Of a DNA stretch of 64,000 bases, positions 40,601-55,527 are shown piece by piece (the stretch's first letter is position 1; each line of letters opens with the position of its first letter). The stretch spans positions 11,408,001 through 11,472,000 of the forward strand of contig OZ024762.1 of the NCBI GenBank assembly GCA_964016885.1, written 5' to 3'. Under the pieces are notes generated by a model. The model was given only the letters and a program-made list of their open reading frames with translations, had not been told where the DNA came from and did no database searches. Position numbers and translations under genes: made by a program. The DNA comes from Eledone cirrhosa (taxonomy: Eukaryota).

Positions 40601-43600
40601 ATATAGAGAGAGATAGAGACAGATATAAACTTATACATATGTGTGTGTGTGTGTACAAGAATCGAACGTGCTTCCCTTGATTTGTAACGTACAAGTAATT
40701 AAACGATGAAGCCCGGATGTGTTGAGAGAAAAACTGTGTATAAGAGGGATAAACTGTAGTGTGGGGAAGAGAAGACTGCATTGGTATGGACATGTGATGC
40801 GCATGGAGGATGACCGCTGGGTAAAGAAATACCAAGAAATCCCAGTAGAAGGAAGATGCAGTAGAGGAAGACCACGAAAATCACGGACGGAGGTGGTGAG
40901 AGCTGACCTCAGATCACTGAAGATCATGGAGGAGATGATGAATGGAGAGATGCTGTGCTGAATAGGACCCGTCCCACCCTTGCAAGCAGGGAAAAGCAGA
41001 CGTAAAATGATGATGATGATGGCCCACAATCCTCTTCTTACAACCTGTAAGAACTGCAGATTGTCAGTCACCCTTGACTGCTGCCTTGAACACTTCTCTG
41101 AGCTCCTAAACAAGCCCTTTAATGTTAGCATAAACATTATTGAATCAATGAAAAACGAGCCATCTTCATCATCATCAACATCATCAGTTTTATGCCTATT
41201 TTTCAACATTTGCATGGGTTGGACAGGTCCTTTGCAGCATCTCTTCACAATTACCATGTTCCTTTGTCATCTCTCTGAGACTCAGCAATTTCAGATCAGT
41301 TCCCACCACATCTGCCCAGGTCTTCCTTGGTCCACCTCTGTTGTGGCTTCCCTCCACTTCTTTAATCAGTGATCATCATTCATGCACATCACATGTCCAT
41401 ACCAACACATTCTGCTCTCTTACACCACTTCTGATTCTTCTTAACCCTATCGCATATAAAACGGCTATATCTGGCCAGAATTCTCTCACTTTTTCTTTCC
41501 CAACTGACCCCAACCGGCCACTCATACTGACTTTAAGGTATTGTTCTAAAAATAAATAATATCAAAATCTCATAGATTCAATATTATGTGAGATATTATG
41601 TAAGATAATGCCTTTTACTGCAAAAATACAATAGTTTATAAAGAGTAGAGTAAATGTTAAAGGGTTAAACCCAGTTTCTGTCTCAGGTTTATATCATTGA
41701 TGCTCTTCCCCTTGATAACCCCTGTGTATCTTCTACATACAAAGTCTTCTCTTGTTGTTAGGCTACCTGCCAACCATACAACTGATGTTAACTGAACTTG
41801 CTCTGTGTACAAGAAGTACCTGATCAGTTGAACATATTTCCAGTGGACATAGCTTGCATAGAACTACCCCCACATCTTGACCATGGAAAATGTCCTTGGT
41901 GTGACATATGGAATAACAAGACTAAGAAATTCTTTGGCCTCGGGGTTATTTGTTTTTATTTTTATTTTTTTTCCAGAGCTGACCAAATCCTAGATTAATT
42001 ACCATAACCAAACTATAGAGCCTAGTCTACCCTATGAATCAAAGATATCGCATAGTACCACCATATTACGGGGACCCTCAGAAATAAGAGATATAGTATT
42101 ATATAAGATTTATAAAATAATGATATTTAATATAATAATAATATACAATATATTTATAAAAGTAAGAAAGAAAATGAAATAAATGATAAAAATAAATAAA
42201 TAAACATTTATTTGAAATTTTCTTTATATACTAGCGATATATAGAGACAGATATAAACGTATACATATGTGTGTATATGTACAAGAATCGAACGTGCTTC
42301 CCTTGATTTGTAACGTACGAGTAATTAAACGACGAAGCCCGGATGTGTTGGGAGAAAAATTGTGCATTGGAAGAGAAATGCGTGTGTGCAGATGTTTGGG
42401 TCAAAAGTAGTCAAGGGGAGATAACCAAAATAAGTCGTATGCCATGAACTGTCGTCTGTAGACTTATACAGAACCAGTTTAAAACTCCTTAAAATTATTA
42501 ATAACATACATTAGCAGCAATTCTATTGATTGGAAAAGCTGGAATATTAATAGTTGATTGTTTGAGTCTCGATGGTTTTACAATTTACCCTTGGATTAGA
42601 AGTAGATACCCCATATAACACACCACTGTCAGTGACTCTTTTGTCTTTTCCGCCACATCCGAGATTAACAAAATAAACGACAGAAATAAAATATTTTATA
42701 AAACTACCGCAGAATTATAATTATTTTTACCTATATAAAATTATTTGATGTTACCCACAATGGTAAAAATATATACTCTCCTAATTTACCAGTTTTATGA
42801 CAAGCCACACTCGATTGAAGTGGGATTAATTCATCTTGGCAACATACACAAACACATATATATATTTATATAAAAGCTCTTGTTTAAGCAGGGGTCAGGT
42901 CTACATTTATACATTTTTGTATATAGCGTAGTATTTCGTCAAACAGATATCGATAAGAAATAATATATTTAAATAAATACTACCATCAATATGTTAGCCG
43001 AAACATTTAAACAAGCTGTCCCCTGTATGACCGGAGACCTATTGAATGACTGAAATAAAATCTGTGAAAGATCACATTTATTTTTAATGTAATTGTTTAT
43101 TTGCTTCGTTTAAAATATGTCTATGGTACTGAAACATAACTGCATCTCCCCACCTTTAAACATTAAAAAGATGAAAATTAGAAGAACCTTAGAGTTCCCC
43201 CCCAAATACTCGGTCTCACTTTTACTAAGGATCTCTCATGTCTAACGTACATTTAGTAAACATGGCTGTAACTTCTTTAAACAGACTGCCTCTTCTCTTC
43301 AACATAGTTGGAGAAGGATTAAATTTAGTTCAAAGAAAATATAAGAAAATTGTTTATATTTAACAATAGAAGCAAAATAATAATTTAATGAGGTGGGAAG
43401 GGTGATAAACAGACGAGGATGGGGACTTCGTGATTTTCCAGACAAGCTGGTACACACAAACATATATATATATACACGTACTTATATACATATACATATT
43501 ATATACAATCATGTACTACATACATATATATTATATACATCATGTACTACATACATATATATTATATACATCATGTACTATATACATATATATATATACA

Positions 43601-46600
43601 TGTACTACACACACATATATATTATATACGTACATATATATATTATATACATATAATATATACTACGTGAATATATATATATATATAAAATGTCCTTGCC
43701 TAATATATACATAATTCAGTGTGCCCTTGTCAAGAAATCGAACAAGCTCCGCTGGGTGTGCAACAGATATACAAAATAAACGACTAAGCTTGAATGAGCT
43801 GAGAGGAAAAAACTGTTGAATAAAATAGAAATGCGTGTGTGCAAACATTTTTATAAAAACCTAATCAAGGGGAGGTAACCAGAGTTGTATGCATGGGTGT
43901 ATGTATGGTGTGTGACAGTATATATGCGCGTGCGCGTTATTAGAGTTTGGCTGTTGCAGCGGCCAGATCTAAGCTATTCTCTTTTTAACAAATCTTTTCA
44001 AACAGTTTTGGTCTGTCTGGATCTTCAAGTTATTTCAGTGGTAACATACTCTTGTTGTTAGTCTACCTGCCAACCATACAACTGATGTTAACTGAACTTG
44101 CTCTGTGTACAAGAAGTACCTGATCAGTTGAACATATTTCCAGTGGACATAGCTTGCATAGAACTACCCCCACATCTTGACCATGAAAAATGTCCTTGGT
44201 GTGACATATGGAATAACAAGACTAAGAAATTCTTTGGCCTCAGGGTTATTTGTTTTTATTTTTATTTTTTTTCCAGAGCTGACCATATCCTAGATTAATT
44301 ACCATAACCAAACTATACAGCCTAGTCTACCCTATGAATCAAAGATATCGCATAGTACCACCATATTACGGGGACCCTCAGAAATAAGAGATATAGTATT
44401 ATATAAGATTTATAAAATAATGATATTTAATATAATAATAATATACAATATATTTATAAAAGTAAGAAAGAAAATGAAATAAATGATAAAAATAAATAAA
44501 TAAACATTTATTTGAAATTTTCTTTATATACAAGCGAGAGACAGATATAAACTTATACATATGTGTGTGTGTGTGTACAAGAATCGAACGTGCTTCCCTT
44601 GATTTGTAACGTACGAGTAATTAAACGACGAAGTCCGGATGTGTTGAGAGAAAAACTGTGTATAAGAGGGATAAACTGTAGTGTGGGGGAGAGAAGACTG
44701 CATTGATATGGACATGTGATGCGCATGGAGGATGACCGCTGGGTAAAGAAATACCAAGAAATCCCAGTAGAAGGAAGATGCAGTAGAGGAAGACCACGAA
44801 AATCACGGACGGAGGTGGTGAGAGCTGACCTCAGATCACTGAAGATCATGGAGGAGATGATGAATGGAGAGATGCTGTGCTGAATAGGACCCGTCCCACC
44901 CTTGCAAGCAGGGAAAAGCAGACGTAAAATGATGATGATGATGGCCCACAATCCTCTTCTTACAACCTGTAAGAACTGCAGATTGTCAGTCACCCTTGAC
45001 TGCTGCCTTGAACACTTCTCTGAGCTCCTAAACAAGCCCTTTAATGTTAGCATAAACATTATTGAATCAATGAAAAACGAGCCATCTTCATCATCATCAA
45101 CATCATCAGTTTTATGCCTATTTTTCAACATTTGCATGGGTTGGACAGGTCCTTTGCAGCATCTCTTCACAATTACCATGTTCCTTTGTCATCTCTCTGA
45201 GACTCAGCAATTTAAGATCAGTTCCCACCACATCTGCCCAGGTCTTCCTTGGTCCACCTCTGTTGTGGCTTCCCTCCACTTCTTTAATCAGTGATCATCA
45301 TTCGTGCACATCACATGTCCATACCAACACATTCTGCTCTCATACACCACTTCTGATTCTTCTTAACCCTATCGCATATAAAACGGCTATATCTGGCCAG
45401 AATTCTCTCACTTTTTCTTTTCCAACTGACCCCAACCGGCCACTCATACTGACTTTAAGGTATTGTTCTAAAAATAAATAATATCAAAATCTCATAGATT
45501 CAATATTATGTGAGATATTATGTAAGATAAGGCCTTTTACTGCAAAAATACAATAGTTTATAAAGAGTAGAGTAAATGTTAAAGCGTTAAACCCAGTTTC
45601 TGTCTCAGGTTTATATCATTGATGCTCTACCCCTTGATAACCCCTGTGTATCTTCTACATACAAAGTCTTCTATTGTTGTTAGTCTACCTGCCAACCATA
45701 CAACTGATGTTAACTGAACTTGCTCTGTGTACAAGAAGTACCTGATCAGTTGAACATATTTCCAGTGGACATAGCTTGCATAGAACTACCCCGACATCTT
45801 GACCATGAAAAATGTCCTTAGTGTAACATATGGAATAACAAGACTAAGAAATTCTTTGGCCTCGGGGTTATTTGTTTTTATTTTTATTTTTTTTCCAGAG
45901 CTGACCATATCCTAGATTAATTACCATAACCAAACTATACAGCCTAGTCTACCCTATGAATCAAAGATATCGCATAGTACCACCATATTACGGGGACCCT
46001 CAGAAATAAGAGATATAGTATTATATAAGATTTATAAAATAATGATATTTAATATAATAATAATATACAATATATTTATAAAAGTAAGAAAGAAAATGAA
46101 ATAAATGATAAAAATAAATAAATAAACATTTATTTGAAATTTTCTTTATATACAAGCCATATATAGAGAGAGATAGAGACAGATATAAACGTATACATAT
46201 GTGTGTGTGTGTGTACAAGAATCGAACGTGCTTCCCTTGATTTGTAACGTACGAGTAATTAAACGACGAAGTCCGGATGTGTTGAGAGAAAAACTGTGTA
46301 TAAGAGGGATAAACTGTAGTGTGGGGGAGAGAAGACTGCATTGATATGGACATGTGATGCGCATGGAGGATGACCGCTGGGTAAAGAAATACCAAGAAAT
46401 CCCAGTAGAAGGAAGATGCAGTAGAGGAAGACCACGAAAATCACGGACGGAGGTGGTGAGAGCTGACCTCAGATCACTGAAGATCATGGAGGAGATGATG
46501 AATGGAGAGATGCTGTGCTGAATAGGACCCGTCCCACCCTTGCAAGCAGGGAAAAGCAGACGTAAAATGATGATGATGATGGCCCACAATCCTCTTCTTA

Positions 46601-49600
46601 CAACCTGTAAGAACTGCAGATTGTCAGTCACCCTTGACTGCTGCCTTGAACACTTCTCTGAGCTCCTAAACAAGCCCTTTAATGTTAGCATAAACATTAT
46701 TGAATCAATGAAAAACGAGCCATCTTCATCATCATCAACATCATCAGTTTTATGCCTATTTTTCAACATTTGCATGGGTTGGACAGGTCCTTTGCAGCAT
46801 CTCTTCACAATTACCATGTTCCTTTGTCATCTCTCTGAGACTCAGCAATTTAAGATCAGTTCCCACCACATCTGCCCAGGTCTTCCTTGGTCCACCTCTG
46901 TTGTGGCTTCCCTCCACTTCTTTAATCAGTGATCATCATTCGTGCACATCACATGTCCATACCAACACATTCTGCTCTCATACACCACTTCTGATTCTTC
47001 TTAACCCTATCGCATATAAAACGGCTATATCTGGCCAGAATTCTCTCACTTTTTCTTTTCCAACTGACCCCAACCGGCCACTCATACTGACTTTAAGGTA
47101 TTGTTCTAAAAATAAATAATATCAAAATCTCATAGATTCAATATTATGTGAGATATTATGTAAGATAAGGCCTTTTACTGCAAAAATACAATAGTTTATA
47201 AAGAGTAGAGTAAATGTTAAAGCGTTAAACCCAGTTTCTGTCTCAGGTTTATATCATTGATGCTCTACCCCTTGATAACCCCTGTGTATCTTCTACATAC
47301 AAAGTCTTCTATTGTTGTTAGTCTACCTGCCAACCATACAACTGATGTTAACTGAACTTGCTCTGTGTACAAGAAGTACCTGATCAGTTGAACATATTTC
47401 CAGTGGACATAGCTTGCATAGAACTACCCCGACATCTTGACCATGAAAAATGTCCTTAGTGTAACATATGGAATAACAAGACTAAGAAATTCTTTGGCCT
47501 CGGGGTTATTTGTTTTTATTTTTATTTTTTTTCCAGAGCTGACCATATCCTAGATTAATTACCATAACCAAACTATACAGCCTAGTCTACCCTATGAATC
47601 AAAGATATCGCATAGTACCACCATATTACGGGGACCCTCAGAAATAAGAGATATAGTATTATATAAGATTTATAAAATAATGATATTTAATATAATAATA
47701 ATATACAATATATTTATAAAAGTAAGAAAGAAAATGAAATAAATGATAAAAATAAATAAATAAACATTTATTTGAAATTTTCTTTATATACAAGCCATAT
47801 ATAGAGAGAGATAGAGACAGATATAAACGTATACATATGTGTGTGTGTGTGTACAAGAATCGAACGTGCTTCCCTTGATTTGTAACGTACGAGTAATTAA
47901 ACGACGAAGTCCGGATGTGTTGAGAGAAAAACTGTGTATAAGAGGGATAAACTGTAGTGTGGGGGAGAGAAGACTGCATTGATATGGACATGTGATGCGC
48001 ATGGAGGATGACCGCTGGGTAAAGAAATACCAAGAAATCCCAGTAGAAGGAAGATGCAGTAGAGGAAGACCACGAAAATCACGGACGGAGGTGGTGAGAG
48101 CTGACCTCAGATCACTGAAGATCATGGAGGAGATGATGAATGGAGAGATGCTGTGCTGAATAGGACCCGTCCCACCCTTGCAAGCAGGGAAAAGCAGACG
48201 TAAAATGATGATGATGATGGCCCACAATCCTCTTCTTACAACCTGTAAGAACTGCAGATTGTCAGTCACCCTTGACTGCTGCCTTGAACACTTCTCTGAG
48301 CTCCTAAACAAGCCCTTTAATGTTAGCATAAACATTATTGAATCAATGAAAAACGAGCCATCTTCATCATCATCAACATCATCAGTTTTATGCCTATTTT
48401 TCAACATTTGCATGGGTTGGACAGGTCCTTTGCAGCATCTCTTCACAATTACCATGTTCCTTTGTCATCTCTCTGAGACTCAGCAATTTAAGATCAGTTC
48501 CCACCACATCTGCCCAGGTCTTCCTTGGTCCACCTCTGTTGTGGCTTCCCTCCACTTCTTTAATCAGTGATCATCATTCGTGCACATCACATGTCCATAC
48601 CAACACATTCTGCTCTCATACACCACTTCTGATTCTTCTTAACCCTATCGCATATAAAACGGCTATATCTGGCCAGAATTCTCTCACTTTTTCTTTTCCA
48701 ACTGACCCCAACCGGCCACTCATACTGACTTTAAGGTATTGTTCTAAAAATAAATAATATCAAAATCTCATAGATTCAATATTATGTGAGATATTATGTA
48801 AGATAAGGCCTTTTACTGCAAAAATACAATAGTTTATAAAGAGTAGAGTAAATGTTAAAGGGTTAAACCCAGTTTCTGTCTCAGGTTTATATCATTGATG
48901 CTCTACCCCTTGATAACCCCTGTGTATCTTCTACATACAAAGTCTTCTCTTGTTGTTAGTCTACCTGCCAACCATACAACTGATGTTAACTGAACTTGCT
49001 CTGTGTACAAGAAGTACCTGATCAGTTGAACATATTTCCAGTGGACATAGCTTGCATAGAACTACCCCGACATCTTGACCATGAAAAATGTCCTTAGTGT
49101 GACATATGGAATAACAAGACTAAGAAATTCTTTGGCCTCGGGGTTATTTGTTTTTATTTTTATTTTTTTTCCAGAGCTGACCATATCCTAGATTAATTAC
49201 CATAACCAAACTATACAGCCTAGTCTACCCTATGAATCAAAGATATCGCATAGTACCACCATATTACGGCGACCCTCAGAAATAAGAGATATAGTATTAT
49301 ATAAGATTTATAAAATAATGATATTTAATATAATAATGATATACAATATATTTATAAAAGTAAGAAAGAAAATGAAATAAATGATAAAAATAAATAAATA
49401 AACATTTATTTGAAATTTTCTTTATATACAAGCGATATATAGAGACAGATATAAACGTATACATATGTGTGTATATGTACAAGAATCGAACGTGCTTCCC
49501 TTGATTTGTAACGTACGAGTAATTAAACGACGAAGCCCGGATGTGTTGAGAGAAAAACTGGGCATTGGAAGAGAAATGCGTGTGTGCAGATATTTGGGTC

Positions 49601-52600
49601 AAAAGTAGTCAAGGGGAGATAACCAAAATAAGTCGTATGCCATGAACTGTCGTCTGTAGAGTTGTACTGAACCAGTTTAAAACTCCTTAAAACTATTAAT
49701 AACATACATTAGCAGCAATTCTATTGACGGGAAAAGCTGGAATATTAATAGTTGATTGTTTGAGTCTCGATGGTTTTACAATTTACCCTTGGATTAGAAG
49801 TAGATACCCCATATAACACATCACTGTCAGTGACTCTTTTGTCTTTTCCCCCACATCCGAGATTAACAAAATAAACGACAGAAATAAAATATTTTATAAA
49901 ACTACCGCAGAATTATAATTATTTTTACCTATATAAAATTATTTGATGTTACCCACAATGGTAGAAATATATACTCTCCTAATTTACCAGTTTTATGACG
50001 AGTCACACTCGATTGAAGTGGGATTAATTCATCTTGGAAACATACACAAACACACATATATATTTATATAAAAGCTGTTGTTTAAGCAGGGGTCAGGTCT
50101 ACATTTATACATTTTTGTATATAGCGTAGTATTTCGTCAAACAGATATCGATAAGAAATAATATATTTAAATAAATACTACCATCAATATGTTAGCCGAA
50201 ACATTTAAACAAGCTGTCCCCTGTATGACCGGAGACCTATTGAATGACTGAAATAAAATCTGTGAAAGATCTCATTTATTTTTAATGTAATTGTTTATTT
50301 GCTTCGTTTAAAATATGTCTATGGTACTAAAACATAACTGCATCTCCCCACCTTTAAACATTAAAAACATGAAAATTAGAAGAACCTTAGAGTTCCCCCC
50401 CAAATACTCGGTCTCGCTTTTACTAAGGATCTCTCATGTCTAACGTACATTTAGTAAACATGGCTGTAACTTCTTTAAACAGACTGCCTCTTCTCTTCAA
50501 CATAGTTGGAGAAGGATTAAATTTAGTTCAAAGAAAATATAAGAAAATTGTTTATATTTAACAATAGAAGCAAAATAATAATTTAATGGAGTGGGAAGGG
50601 TGATAAACAGACGAGGATGGGGACTTCGTGATTTTCCAGACAAGCTGGTACACACAAACATATATATATATATACACGTACTTATATACATATTATATAC
50701 AAACATGTACTACATACATATATATTATATACATCATGTACTACATACATATATATTATATACATCATGTACTATATACATATATATATATATATATATA
50801 TACATGTACTACACACACACATATATATATTATATACGTACATATATATATTATATACATATAAGTACTACGTATTTATATATTATATACATATAATATA
50901 TACTACGTGTATATATGTAATATATATATATATAATGTCCTTGCCTAATATATACATATTTCAGTGTGCCCTTGTCAAGAAATCGAACACGCCCCGCTGG
51001 GGGTGCAACAGATATACAAAATAAACGACTAAGCTCGAATGAGCTGAGAGGAAAAGCTGGTCAATAAAATAGAAATGCGTGTGTGCAAACATTTTCAGAA
51101 GAACCTAATCAAGGGGAGGTAACCAGAGTTGTATGCATGGGTGTATGTATAGTGTGTGACAGTATATATGCGCGTGCGCGTTATTAGAGTTTGGCTGTTG
51201 CAGCGGCCAGATCTAAGCTATTCTCTTTTTAACAAATCTTTTCAAACAGTTTTGGTCTGTCTGGATCTTCAAGTTATTTCAGTGGCAACATACTCTTGTT
51301 GTTAGTCTACCTGCCAACCATACAACTGATGTTAACTGAACTTGCTCTGTGTACAAGAAGTACCTGATCAGTTGAACATATTTCCAGTGGACATAGCTTG
51401 CATAGAACTACCCCGACATCTTGACCATGAAAAATGTCCTTAGTGTGACATATGGAATAACAAGACTAACAAATTCTTTGGCCTCAGGGTTATTTTTTTT
51501 TTTTTTTCCTGAGCTGACCATATCCTAGATTAATTACCATAACCAAACTATAGAGCCTAGTCTACCCTATGAATCAAAGATATCGCATAGTACCACCATA
51601 TTACGGCGACCCTCAGAAATAAGAGATATAGTATTATATAAGATTTATAAAATAATGATATTTAATATAATAATAATAATAATATAGAATATATTTATAA
51701 AAGTAAGAAAGAAAATGAAATAAATGATAAAAATAAATAAATAAACATTTATTTGAAATTTTCTTTATATACAAGCGATATATAGAGACAGATATAAACG
51801 TATACATATGTGTGTTTGTGTACAAGAATCGAACGTGCTTCCCTTGATTTGTAACGTACGAGTAATTAAACGACGAAGCCCGGATGTGTTGAGAGAAAAA
51901 CTGGGCATTGGAAGAGAAATGCGTGTGTGCAGATATTCGGGTCAAAAGTAGTCAAGGGGAGATAACCAAAATAAGTCGTATGCCATGAACTGTCGTCTGT
52001 AGAGTTGTACTGGACCAGTTTAAAGCTCCTTGAAACTAATCATAACATACATTAGCAGCAATGCTTGGGATGGAAAAGTTGGAATATTAATAGTTGATTG
52101 TTTGAGTCTCGATGGTTTTACAATTTACCCTTGGATTAGAAGTAGATACCCCATATAACACACCACTGTCAGTGGCTCTTTTGTCTTTTACCCCACATCC
52201 GAGATTAACAAAATAAACGAAAGAAATAAAATATTTTATAAAACAACCGCAAGGATTATAATTATTTTTACCTATATAAAATTATTTAATGTTACCCACA
52301 ATGGTAAAAATATATACTCTCCTAATTTACCAGTTTTATGACGAGTCACACTCGATTGAAGTGGGATTAATTCATCTTTGCAACATACACAAACACACAT
52401 GTACTTATATAGAAGCTGTTTAAGCAGGAGTCAGGTCTACATTTATACAATTTTGTATATAGCGTAGTATTTCGTCAAACAGATATCGATAAGAAATAAT
52501 ATATTTAAATAAATACTACCATCAATATGTTAGCAGAAACATTTAAACAAGCTGTCCCCTGTATGACCGGAGACTTATTGAATGACTGAAAAAAAATCTG

Positions 52601-53005
52601 TGAAAGATCTCATTTATTTTTAATGTAATTGTTTATTTGCTAGGTTTAAAATATGTCTATGGTACTAAAACATAACTGCATCTCTCCAGCTTTAAACATT
52701 AAAAACATGAAAATTAGAAGAACCTTAGAGTTCCCCCCAAATACTCGGTCTCACTTTTACTGAGGATCTCTCATGTCTAACGTACATTTAGTAAACATGG
52801 CTGTAACTTCTTTAAACAGACTGGCTCTTTTCTTCAACATAGTTGGAGAAGGATTAAATTTAGTTCAAAGAAAATATAAGAAAATTGTTTATATTTAACA
52901 ATAGAAGCAAAATAATAATTTAATGGAGTGGGAAGGGTGATAAACAGACGTGGGGAAACTTCGTGATTTTCCACTACTAATTTTTCAGACAAGCTGGTAC
53001 ACACA

Positions 53006-53074
<69 letters not shown>

Positions 53075-53446
53075 GTACTTGTGTATATATATACACGTAC
53101 TTATATATATATATATACACGTACTTATATACATATATATATATACACGTACTTATATACATATATATATATACACGTACTTATATACATATATATACAC
53201 GTACTTATATACATATATATACACGTACTTATATACATATATATACACACGTACTTATATACATATATATACACACGTACTTATATACATATTATATACA
53301 AACAAGTACTACATAGATATAGATATTATATACATCATGTACTACATACATATATATATTATATACATCATGTACTACATACATATATACATATATATAC
53401 ATGTACTACACACATATATATATTATATACATATAATATATATTAC

Positions 53447-53491
<45 letters not shown>

Positions 53492-54216
53492 GTCCTTGCC
53501 TAATATATACATATTTCAGTGTGCTCTTGTCAAGAAATCGAACACGCTCCGCTGGGGGTGCCACAGATATTACAAAATGAACGATTAAGCTCGAATAAGC
53601 TGAGAGGAAAAAGCTGTTGAATAAAATAGAAATGCGTGTGTGCAAACATTTTCATAAGAACCTAATCAAGGGGAGGTAACCAGAGTTGTATGCATGGGTG
53701 TATGTATGGTGTGTGACAGTATATATGCGCGTGCGCGTTATTAGAGTTTGGCTGTTGCAGCGGCCAGATCTAAGCTATTCCCTTTTTAACAAATCTTTTC
53801 AAAGAGTTTTGGTCTGTCTGGATCTTCAAGTTATTTCAGTGGCAACATACTCTTGTTGTTAGTCTACCTGCCAACCATACAACTGATGTTAACTGAACTT
53901 ACTCTGTGTACAAGAAGTACCTGATCAGTTGAACATATTTCCAGTGGACATAGATTGCATAGAACTACCCCCACATCTTGACCATGAAAAATGTCCTTGG
54001 TGTGACATATGGAATAACAAGACTAAGGAATTCTTTGGTCTCAGGGTTATTTTTTTTTTTTTTTTTCCCAGAGCTGACCATATCCTAGATTAATTACCAT
54101 AACCAAACTATAGAGCCTAGTCTACCCTATGAATCAAAGATATTGCATAGTACCACCATATTACGGGGACCCTCAGAAATAAGAGATATAGTATTATATA
54201 AGATTTATAAAATAAT

Positions 54217-54397
54217 TGTTTCTCCGTTAGGCACAAGGCCAGCAATCACTCAGTGTATTACTGGTACTTTATTTTATCGACACCGTAAGGATGAAAGGCA
54301 AAGTTAACCTCGGCGGGATTTGAACGCAGAATGGCAAGGGCCGTAACTCTATGCGCCAAAGCATGGCACCCGACACTCTACCAATACTGCCAATCCA
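54217..54397 (-). mobile_element. Full-length tRNA-derived SINE in the last B block
   Basis: Minus strand carries an A-box-like tggcagtattgg and a B-box gcgttcaaatcc; TSD AAAATAAT at 54209-54216 and 54398-54405. Confidence 0.85.
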
Positions 54398-55160
54398 AAA
54401 ATAATGATATTTAATATAATAATAATATACAATATATTTATAAAAGTAAGAAAGAAAATGAAATAAATGATAAAAATAAATAAATAAACATTTATTTGAA
54501 ATTTTCTTTATATACAAGCGATATATAGAGAGAGATAGAGACAGATACATATGTGTGTATATGTAAAAGAATCGAACGTGCTTCCCTTGATTTGTAACGT
54601 CCGAGTAATTAAACGACGAAGCCCGGATGTGTTGAGAGAAAAACTGGGCATTGGAAGAGAAATGCGTGTGTGCAGATATTTGGGTCAAAAGTAGTCAAGG
54701 GGAGATAACCAAAATAAGTCGTATGCCATGAACTGTCGTCTGTAGACTTGTACTGAACCAGTTTAAAACTCCTTAAAACTAATAATAACATACATTAGCA
54801 GCAATTCTATGGATTGGAAAAGCTGGAATATTAATAGTTGATTGTTTGAGTCTCGATGGTTTTACAATTTACCCTTGGATTAGAAGTAGATACCCCATAT
54901 AACACACCACTGTCAGTGACTCTTTTGTCTTTTTCCCCCACATCCAAGAATAACAAAATAAACGACAGAAATAAAATATTTTATAAAACTACCGCAGAAT
55001 TATAATTATTTATACCTATATAAAAGTATTTGATGTTAACCACAATGGTAAAAATATATACCCTCGTAATTTACCAGTTTTATGACGAGTCACACTCGAT
55101 TGTACAGAGAGCACCCACAGACATGCATACACACACGCGTGTAAACTCATTCACACACAA

Positions 55161-55234
<74 letters not shown>

Positions 55235-55236
<2 letters not shown>

Positions 55237-55475
55237 TTATTAAAATAACAGATTAAAGTTTAAGCAAAGAATCGCTGCTTCCACCCTTAACCGGATCTTC
55301 TGAAACTCCCGTTAAGTTTCAGAAGATCCCGTCAAGGGTGAAAGCAGCGATTCTTTGCTTAAACTTTAATCTGTTATTTCAATAAATATTTGCTCTACGG
55401 TTCTTATATATTTGATATATATTTATCCTTATCGAGCCCTCTTCGGATTTTAGTCTTCAAATTTATTATTATTAT

Positions 55476-55479
<4 letters not shown>
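55235..55479. mobile_element. Palindromic Penelope-like terminal fragment with a hammerhead-like motif, inside (TA)n
   Basis: ~73 bp inverted arms (55235-55307 / 55315-55387) with a 7 bp spacer; the right arm extends about 90 bp further. Plus-strand hammerhead fold at 55314-55366. Confidence 0.65.
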
Positions 55480-55517
<38 letters not shown>

Positions 55518-55527
55518 ATGTATATAT

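Larger units (their letters stand above)
20981..55102 (+). repeat. ~34 kb composite higher-order tandem array (macrosatellite)
   Basis: Shared block B (ctcttgttgttagtctacc...) starts at 21980, 24301, 25921, 28235, 29949, 32282, 33902, 36161, 37784, 40120, 41749, 44049, 45671, 47309, 48947, 51293 and 53850. Spacings alternate ~2.3 kb (B+C) and ~1.62 kb (B+A) six times, then 1638, 1638, 2346 and 2557. Confidence 0.95.

Noticed and set aside
20981-55102. Array as a CRISPR-like, rDNA, histone or snRNA cluster
   Set aside because: No unique spacers, and no recognisable 5S, U-snRNA, tRNA or histone sequence in the units.
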